Shown piece by piece: positions 1 to 5,692 of a stretch of DNA of 12,963 nt (its first letter is position 1; each line of letters opens with the position of its first letter). The translations under genes were made by a program, and so were the position numbers. The notes beneath the pieces are model-generated. The model searched no databases, had not been told where the DNA came from, and was given only the letters and a program-made list of their open reading frames with translations. The stretch comes from Candidatus Sumerlaeia bacterium (GTDB lineage: Bacteria > Sumerlaeota > Sumerlaeia > SLMS01): NCBI GenBank assembly GCA_038208905.1, contig JBBQYG010000118.1, positions 1-12,963 on the forward strand, given 5' to 3'.

Positions 1-1272
1 TTCCTCGCCGGGCTTGAGCCAGAGGTGGGGTGGGGGGGCGAAGGGGACTTCGTCCTGGTTGGGCAGCCCGGCCTTTTGAGTCGGCTTCTTGTCGGCCTTT
101 CCGCGGGCAATGTCGCGGGCCTCGGCCTTGCGGAGCGCCTCGCGAAGGGGATCGCGCATCGCTTCCTCGCGTTGTGTCCACGCGGCTTCGTCGGCCTGCC
201 ACGCGCTTGCGTCGATCCAGGGCGCCGAGGACTTCGCCAGCAGCCGTGCGCGCCATTCCTCCGGCAGGCACTCCGCCCCGTGGCGCGCCACCATGAGCCC
301 CGCCACGATGGCGCCCACGGCGGATGACTCGCCGCCGCGCCTCTGGATGTCCTCCAGCGCATGCACCGCCGAGAGTGGGCCCAGCGCCCGGTAGATCGCC
401 CACGGCAGCGACGCCGCCGCAAATCCGTGCTGCACATGCTTCACCGGCGTGGCGGGTCGGCATTCGGTCGCCGTGTTGACAATGGTCTTGATCGCGAGGT
501 CGTCGTTCTCCTCGTGCAAGAGGCTCGCCACGGGAGAGAGCGCATCCGACAGCCGCGCTTCCGGCTGGCTCCACCCGATGTCGCGCCAGGCGCGCGAGTG
601 CTCCTTGCGGTAGGCGTCCTCGCGAAGCCGCAAGGACTCGCGCAGTTTCTCCATGATCTTCGCCGAATCGATCCGCTTGCCGCCTCCGCTGTCGAGAACG
701 AGTCGCGTCAAGTCCGCCACCGCCACCGCCCCCATCACGGCCATTTCGCGGTAGTGGGTGCAGCGCGCCAGCCTCAGCGCCCAGCCCGCCGCGTCCTCCA
801 GGCCGAGCGCCACCGTCACGAGGCCAAGCGGCGCGGCGCCGATGCCCTCGCTCTCTTCGGTCTTGGCGCGGTGGTCGGCCTCCTCCCACGGATACTCCTC
901 GGCCCATCTCGAAAGGGCCCGGCGCAGCGGCCTCCCCGCGCCGCGGAGCGCGCCCCAGCGAAAGCCCTCATCCTCATCGCCGCCCTTCAACTCCGCCAGC
1001 AAGCCACATGCGCGCGCCACCGGCTCGCGCCCCGCGTCATCCGGTCCCATCATCGCCGTCGCGGCGAGCAGTCGCTGGCCGAGGGCCGAGTGCACGCCCG
1101 GCAGCATGTTGCGCTCGGGCTTGTCGGGAAAGAGCACCGGATCGTCCAGGAAACCCTCCGGCGCGCCGCCCACCGATTGGGCCACGTGGCCCTCTTTTAG
1201 GCCATTGAAGGGTCTGCCTAGCGCATCGCCCAACAGCGCCGCCCTCAGGATTTCCTCGCCATGCTGGTTCAT
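1..1272 (-). CDS. ADP-ribosylglycohydrolase (DraG/ARH)-fold protein with degenerate catalytic motifs; 3' end lies beyond the window
   Basis: Translated by hand: ATG at 1272, then 424 codons with no stop to base 1. It begins MNQHGEEILRAALLGDALGRPFNG (family GDALGxPxEG). Later segments are PGVHSALGQRLLA (family PGxxTDDTQM), SEGIGAA (family SxGNGAAMR), RCTHY (TH motif) and GGESSAVGAIVAGLMVARHGAECLPEEWRARL (family GGDTDTxGAIAGALAGAxYGxxAIPxxW). An alternative in-frame GTG at 1311 has GGAGAG upstream. Confidence 0.82.
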   Translation of the reverse strand, partial: MNQHGEEILRAALLGDALGRPFNGLKEGHVAQSVGGAPEGFLDDPVLFPDKPERNMLPGVHSALGQRLLAATAMMGPDDAGREPVARACGLLAELKGGDEDEGFRWGALRGAGRPLRRALSRWAEEYPWEEADHRAKTEESEGIGAAPLGLVTVALGLEDAAGWALRLARCTHYREMAVMGAVAVADLTRLVLDSGGGKRIDSAKIMEKLRESLRLREDAYRKEHSRAWRDIGWSQPEARLSDALSPVASLLHEENDDLAIKTIVNTATECRPATPVKHVQHGFAAASLPWAIYRALGPLSAVHALEDIQRRGGESSAVGAIVAGLMVARHGAECLPEEWRARLLAKSSAPWIDASAWQADEAAWTQREEAMRDPLREALRKAEARDIARGKADKKPTQKAGLPNQDEVPFAPPPHLWLKPGEE

Positions 1273-1334
1273 CTGGTCCGATACCCGCTGTGTCTCATGT
1301 CTGTCCCGCACACCCTCTCCAGAGAACGCCGCCC

Positions 1335-1802
1335 ATGGCTATCGAGATTGAACGCAAGTACCGCATCACCCACATGACCGATATGGAGCTCCCTCCGGGT
1401 GTGGCCATCGAGCAGGGCTATCTCGCCACCGGCACCCATACGGTGCGTGTTCGGCTTCGCGGAGAGAGCGCTTTCGTCACGATTAAGTGCCCGCTTCTGG
1501 AGGCCTCCAGTACTGACGCACTCGCATGCCAGGAATTCGAGTACGACATTCCCGTGGAGGACGCGCGTGCCATGCTATCAACCGTCCCCGACCACATCGC
1601 CAAGGCGCGTCATGTTTTCGATTCGGGTGTCGAACTCGACATCTTCCGCGGGCCTCACGATGGCCTGATCCTTGCCGAGTTTGAGTCCGCCGATGGCGCC
1701 CACGCCCCGGCAATTCCCGGAATCGAATGGGTTGAGGTCACCGCCGACCGCCGATACTCCAACGCCTGGATGGCAAAGCACGGCGTGCCGCCCACTGATT
1801 GA
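1335..1802 (+). CDS. CYTH-domain protein (triphosphate tunnel metalloenzyme, NeuTTM/CthTTM-like)
   Basis: ATG at 1335 gives MAIEIERKY (N-terminal ExExK motif), followed by QGYL, VRVR, TIK, EFEYDIP, ELDIFxGxxxGLILAEFE and EVTxDxRYSN; 155 aa. The ORF-track start at 1290 is probably too far upstream. Confidence 0.92.
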   Translation: MAIEIERKYRITHMTDMELPPGVAIEQGYLATGTHTVRVRLRGESAFVTIKCPLLEASSTDALACQEFEYDIPVEDARAMLSTVPDHIAKARHVFDSGVELDIFRGPHDGLILAEFESADGAHAPAIPGIEWVEVTADRRYSNAWMAKHGVPPTD

Positions 1803-1879
1803 ATGCAAATGTCTTGTGGACCCCGTGAACGCGATGGCGCTTCCCTCGACATAACTTCACCGGATCGAGTCGCGACGCG

Positions 1880-3649
1880 ATGGCCGATGATCACATCCCC
1901 GAGGCAGAGGGCGATCCCTCCCTGACGGTCTGGCCCGAGGGCTCGATGCGCGGCAACGGCGTCGATCCCGGGATCAGCGCTGCCACCATGCCCCGCACCC
2001 GCGCCATCGCCAACGATGCCGACCAAACTCGCGACTCCGCTTCCCCGCCACAGGGCGCCACCCTCACCACGCCCGGCTACGACTTTGGCCGCCTTCTTGG
2101 CGAGGGCGGGATGGGCGAGGTTTTCGAGGCGTTTCAGGGGGCCCTGCGCCGGACGGTCGCGCTCAAGACGATTCGCGGCGATCACTGGGGATCCACCGCG
2201 GGGCGCGATGCCTTGCGCGCGGAATTCGTCCGCGAGGCGCTGATCGCCGCACGACTCGAGCACCCCAACATTTCCCCAGTCCACGATCTGACGTATATCG
2301 GGCCCGACGACAGGCCGCATCTGGCGATGAAGCTGATCCGCGGAGAGGCGTGGTCACGCGTGATCACGCGCGACTTCAAGTCGATGCCCGTTCCCGACTT
2401 CCTCGCCAAGCACCTTCCGATTCTGGAACGCATGGCGCTCGCCGTGGCCTTTGCCCACTCTCGCGGCATCATTCACCGCGACTTAAAGCCCGGCCAGGTG
2501 ATGGTCGGCGATTTCGGCGAGACGGTGCTGATGGACTGGGGTCTGGCGCTTCAGTTCCGCGACCATGAGGAAAGCGCCAAGTGGCCCCAAGACCCGCGAG
2601 AGGTTCCATCCGTCGCCTCCGCCAGCAACCCGGCGGGGACTCCATCGATGATGGCGCCGGAGCAAACCAGCCGCACCCCCGACGGCCTCGGTCCCCACAC
2701 CGACGTCTATCTGCTGGGCGGCACGCTCTACCTTCTGCTGACGGGAACCATGCCCCACGAGGGCGCCTCGCCCAAGGCCGCCATGCTGCGAGCTGCCGTT
2801 GGCGTGGTCACGCCGCCCCGCACCCGCAATCCCCAGCGCGCGATTGCGGAGGAACTCGCGGAGCTGGCGATGTCGGCGCTCCGCCCCGTGGCCGCGGAAC
2901 GCATCGCATCCGCGGAGGCATTCATCCAGGGGCTGCGCGATTACATGTCTGGCGCGACGCGGCGGCGCGAGTCCGAGGTCCTCGCTCGCGAGGCCGCCGA
3001 ACTGGTCCATTCCACCGGCGAACTTAAGACGGAAGAAGCCTACGAGCGACACGCCGCCGTCGCCGACCGCGTGGGCCGCGCCCTCGAACTCTGGTCCGAC
3101 AACCGCGCGGCGCTCGACACCAAGGCACTCAACCTGCAACAGCGCATCCACACCGAGACCGCCGCGGGCGACCTGCAGATGGCCGCCACGCACCACGCGG
3201 AGTTGACGACGCTGGCAAAAGGAAATCCATCGCTCTCGGCGCCCGCCGACGCCCTCGCCGCGGAGCTGCGCGCCGCCACCGCGCGCCGCGCGCGCCAGCA
3301 TCGCCAGCGGGCAATCTTTGCGTGGGCTGCGACGCTGCTGCTGCTGGGACACGGCATCGGCATGACGCTGTTTTCGTACTACAGCCGCAAGGCCGCCCAC
3401 GACCTGGAAGCCCAAACGCGTGAGATCGCCCTGCGCGGAAATCGCGAGGTCCGCGATCTCAGCATGCAGCTCGGCGATTCGTTGCTGGCGGAAGGAAAAC
3501 CGCGCGAGGCTCTCCAGCACTACGCCAAGGCCCTCGCACTCGCCCAACTGCTCGATGGCACCGGCGACGCCGTCTCTCAGGAAGCCGCGCGCAAGATTGG
3601 CGAGGCATCGAAGCTCGCTAGCGAGCTTCCCCCTCCGCCGTCCGAATGA
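1880..3649 (+). CDS. Hanks-type Ser/Thr protein kinase with a helical region, one predicted TM segment and a C-terminal TPR-like helix pair
   Basis: Kinase motifs LGEGGMGEVF, VALK, HPNI, HRDLKPGQ, DWG, GTPSMMAPEQ and DVYLLG. Hydrophobic stretch AIFAWAATLLLLGHGIGMTLFSYY. TPR-like LGDSLLAEGKPREALQHYAKALALA. Confidence 0.92.
   Translation: MADDHIPEAEGDPSLTVWPEGSMRGNGVDPGISAATMPRTRAIANDADQTRDSASPPQGATLTTPGYDFGRLLGEGGMGEVFEAFQGALRRTVALKTIRGDHWGSTAGRDALRAEFVREALIAARLEHPNISPVHDLTYIGPDDRPHLAMKLIRGEAWSRVITRDFKSMPVPDFLAKHLPILERMALAVAFAHSRGIIHRDLKPGQVMVGDFGETVLMDWGLALQFRDHEESAKWPQDPREVPSVASASNPAGTPSMMAPEQTSRTPDGLGPHTDVYLLGGTLYLLLTGTMPHEGASPKAAMLRAAVGVVTPPRTRNPQRAIAEELAELAMSALRPVAAERIASAEAFIQGLRDYMSGATRRRESEVLAREAAELVHSTGELKTEEAYERHAAVADRVGRALELWSDNRAALDTKALNLQQRIHTETAAGDLQMAATHHAELTTLAKGNPSLSAPADALAAELRAATARRARQHRQRAIFAWAATLLLLGHGIGMTLFSYYSRKAAHDLEAQTREIALRGNREVRDLSMQLGDSLLAEGKPREALQHYAKALALAQLLDGTGDAVSQEAARKIGEASKLASELPPPPSE
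3610..3629. repeat. Perfect 20-bp palindrome GAAGCTCGCTAGCGAGCTTC
   Basis: The sequence is its own reverse complement. It spans the TAG stop of the pilin-like gene (3618-3620) at the convergent overlap with the kinase. Confidence 0.85.
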
Positions 3650-4289
3650 TGTCGCCCACGGAGACGGTGCCGTTGGTGGGATCATAGACGAAATTCAGTC
3701 CCAGGCCGGCCTGCCGGTTCGTCAGATACTGGAAAACGCGAACGGGTCCCTGCTCGGGATCGGCGCCGGAGTTAAGCAAAAAGTCCAGCCGGTCGGGCCC
3801 GACGCACACCAGAACATAGCCGTGGGACCGATACTTGCCAAACTCCTCGTCGGTCGGCGAAACGATCCCGATCGCATTCAGGTCGGGATTCACCTCGATC
3901 GCGCGCAGGTTCGCATATCCAAAGAACACCACGTCGTTGCGCCGCTCCGCAAAGGGATCGGCGAGGATTCCCTGCGCGATATACGCGACCGGCGTGGAGA
4001 GCAGCGGCAGTGTGCGAATCGCATAATCGGGGCTTCCCTTCACCGGATAAGCCGGGGGTGAGAACGAAGGCGCCCCGCGCGGAATGTCGGGATATCGCGA
4101 GGCGTCCACGCTGTACGCCTCGATCGCCACCGCCATCGTGCGGAGGTCCGCCTTCGCGCGAGAGACCTTGGCCCGCGTCTGGGCCTCCAGAAAATTCGGC
4201 ACCGCGATCGCAGCCAGAATGGCGATAATCGCCACCACGATCAGCAGCTCGATCAGGGTGAAAGCGCGCCGTGCGGTTGGAGTCGCCAA
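3618..4289 (-). CDS. Prepilin-type N-terminal cleavage/methylation domain protein (GspG/type IV pilin-like)
   Basis: RRA|FTLIELLIVVAIIAILAAIAVPNFLEAQTRAKVSRAKADLRTMAVAIEAYSVD, then LSTPVAYI, DPF, VGPD and a C-terminal YDPTNGTVSVGDI. The start is taken as TTG 4289, preceded by AAGGAAG. The alternative is GTG 4337, just after the lptB stop. Confidence 0.9.
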   Translation of the reverse strand: MATPTARRAFTLIELLIVVAIIAILAAIAVPNFLEAQTRAKVSRAKADLRTMAVAIEAYSVDASRYPDIPRGAPSFSPPAYPVKGSPDYAIRTLPLLSTPVAYIAQGILADPFAERRNDVVFFGYANLRAIEVNPDLNAIGIVSPTDEEFGKYRSHGYVLVCVGPDRLDFLLNSGADPEQGPVRVFQYLTNRQAGLGLNFVYDPTNGTVSVGDIIRTAEGEAR

Positions 4290-4340
4290 GGTCGTCTTCC
4301 TTGAGGAAAAACGCGCGGGCGGGGACGCCCGCGCCACGCA

Positions 4341-5129
4341 CTAGTTCGTCGTCGTGCGGCCCGCGTCGGCCTCGCGCTTGGAGAGGTCCTCGACGATGCT
4401 CTGCGTCAGGTACTTCTCCCTCATGCGGGCGTTCTGCAGAATCTCCGCCACGGTGCCTGAGACGATCACGTGGCCTTCGTCCATCATGTAGCTGCGGTCG
4501 GTGATGCCCAGGGTCTCGCGGACGTTGTGGTCGGTGATCAGGATGCCGATGCCTCGCTTTTCAGCCAGGCCGCGGATGATCCCCTGGATATCCTCCACCG
4601 TCGGCGGATCGATGCCGGTGAACGGCTCGTCGAGGAAGATGAACGTCGGATTCGTCGTCAGCGCGCGGGCGATTTCCACGCGGCGCTTCTCTCCGCCGGA
4701 TAGCTTCTCCGCAATGCGATGCTCCACGTACTCGATCCCCAGCTCCTCCAGCAGGCGGTTCACGGTCGGGCGGATCTCCTTCTTGTCATAGCCGCGCGCC
4801 TGCAGGATAGCCATCAGGTTCTCGCGCACGGTCATGCGGCGGAACACGCTCGACTCCTGCGGCAGATACGCGATGCCAAGCCGCGCCCGCTTGTGGATCG
4901 GCATCCCCGTCATTTCCTTGTCGTCAAAGAACACCTTCCCCTCGTTGGGCGCCGTGAACCCCACCAGCATCTTGAACGTGGTTGTCTTGCCGGCGCCGTT
5001 GGGGCCTAGCAGACCCACCACCTCGCCCGCCTTCACCTGAAGGGACACGCGATCAACCACGCGGTTGGTGCCATAGATTTTCACCAGGTGCTCCGCCCTC
5101 AGGACGGCATCGCGCTTTACGTCGATCAT
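4341..5129 (-). CDS. lptB: LPS export ABC transporter ATP-binding protein LptB
   Basis: GEVVGLLGPNGAGKTT (Walker A), HKRARLGIAYLPQESSVFRRMTV, LSGGEKRRVEIARAL, LDEPFTGIDP and GILITDHNVRETL, all characteristic of LptB. Confidence 0.9.
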   Translation of the reverse strand: MIDVKRDAVLRAEHLVKIYGTNRVVDRVSLQVKAGEVVGLLGPNGAGKTTTFKMLVGFTAPNEGKVFFDDKEMTGMPIHKRARLGIAYLPQESSVFRRMTVRENLMAILQARGYDKKEIRPTVNRLLEELGIEYVEHRIAEKLSGGEKRRVEIARALTTNPTFIFLDEPFTGIDPPTVEDIQGIIRGLAEKRGIGILITDHNVRETLGITDRSYMMDEGHVIVSGTVAEILQNARMREKYLTQSIVEDLSKREADAGRTTTN

Positions 5130-5325
5130 CGTGTGTCAGACCACTTTCGCGGGAGTTCTCAACCGGCCCGGAACGGTCTCCGCCGAACCACCACCGGCAC
5201 AAGCGAAAGGGAGGGAATGGGAAACAGGGAATGGACAATGGTGGGGCGCGCGTAACTTCGTTGGCGCCCTTCAGTCGAGTCCGTATGCCCGAGCCCCAAC
5301 GCCGCCCCCAATCCCCTTTTTTCAC

Positions 5326-5386
5326 TTTTCCACAGGTTCTTCACACACGCCCTAAAACCAGCAGCCACAATGCGGAGTTATCCACA
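5326..5386 (+). promoter_or_regulatory. Cluster of co-oriented DnaA boxes
   Basis: TTATCCACA at 5378-5386 (perfect), TTTTCCACA at 5326-5334 (fits TTWTNCACA) and TTCTTCACA at 5337-5345 (one mismatch, 11 bp after the previous box), in a locally AT-richer stretch. Confidence 0.65.
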
Positions 5387-5431
5387 GCCCTTGATTTTAC
5401 GGGCTTTTAACAGCCGCATTTTGGCCTTGAT

Positions 5432-5479
5432 ACGCTACATGTGGTATCGGCACTCTCGCCGATACGCAAGCTGTTGTGT
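5432..5479 (+). promoter_or_regulatory. Tandem NrdR boxes upstream of nrdJ
   Basis: ACGCTACATGTGGTAT (5432-5447) and ACGCAAGCTGTTGTGT (5464-5479) resemble the consensus acaCwAtATaTwGtgt. The starts are 32 bp apart, the typical three-helical-turn spacing, and they lie upstream of a ribonucleotide reductase. Confidence 0.8.
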
Positions 5480-5674
5480 GTCGCGGCTCCGCCCCCGAAA
5501 GCACCCGGAGGCTTGAATTTAGCGAACTTACTCGCCGTCCAGTCGTCCCAATGCATCCTCTTTCGCAAAGAATTTGCCTCCATCGGGCTCCATTCCCATC
5601 GGTGTAGAGTTTGGGACTGGCGCCGTGAAATTGTCACCGAAAACCCCCTCCCCCCGTTCCCACTGCCCAGCCCT

Positions 5675-5681
5675 GAGGAGG
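5675..5681 (+). promoter_or_regulatory. Shine-Dalgarno sequence of nrdJ
   Basis: GAGGAGG ends 11 nt before ATG 5693. Confidence 0.7.
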
Positions 5682-5692
5682 CTCCCGTTACC

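Noticed and set aside
361..1200. 279-aa plus-strand ORF and other plus ORFs in 25-1351
   Set aside because: Antisense shadows of the ARH-like gene; Arg/Ala/Ser-rich with no motifs.
5239..5308. tRNA- or tmRNA-like element on the minus strand (GGGGCG...CGCCCCACCA)
   Set aside because: It has an acceptor-like stem and ACCA end, but no T-loop (GTTCRA), D-arm or anticodon arm.
5310..5430. Chromosomal origin oriC
   Set aside because: Only about three DnaA boxes, no clear unwinding element or DnaA-trio run, and no dnaA, dnaN or parAB nearby. A regulatory role at nrdJ is simpler. Genome-wide GC skew would settle it.
5441..5692. 84-aa N-terminal extension of NrdJ in the ORF track
   Set aside because: It overlaps the NrdR boxes and has atypical codon use. 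NrdJ-like sequence and a strong SD point to ATG 5693.
5130..5692. Cobalamin riboswitch
   Set aside because: The conserved B12-element segments could not be found in the correct order on either strand.
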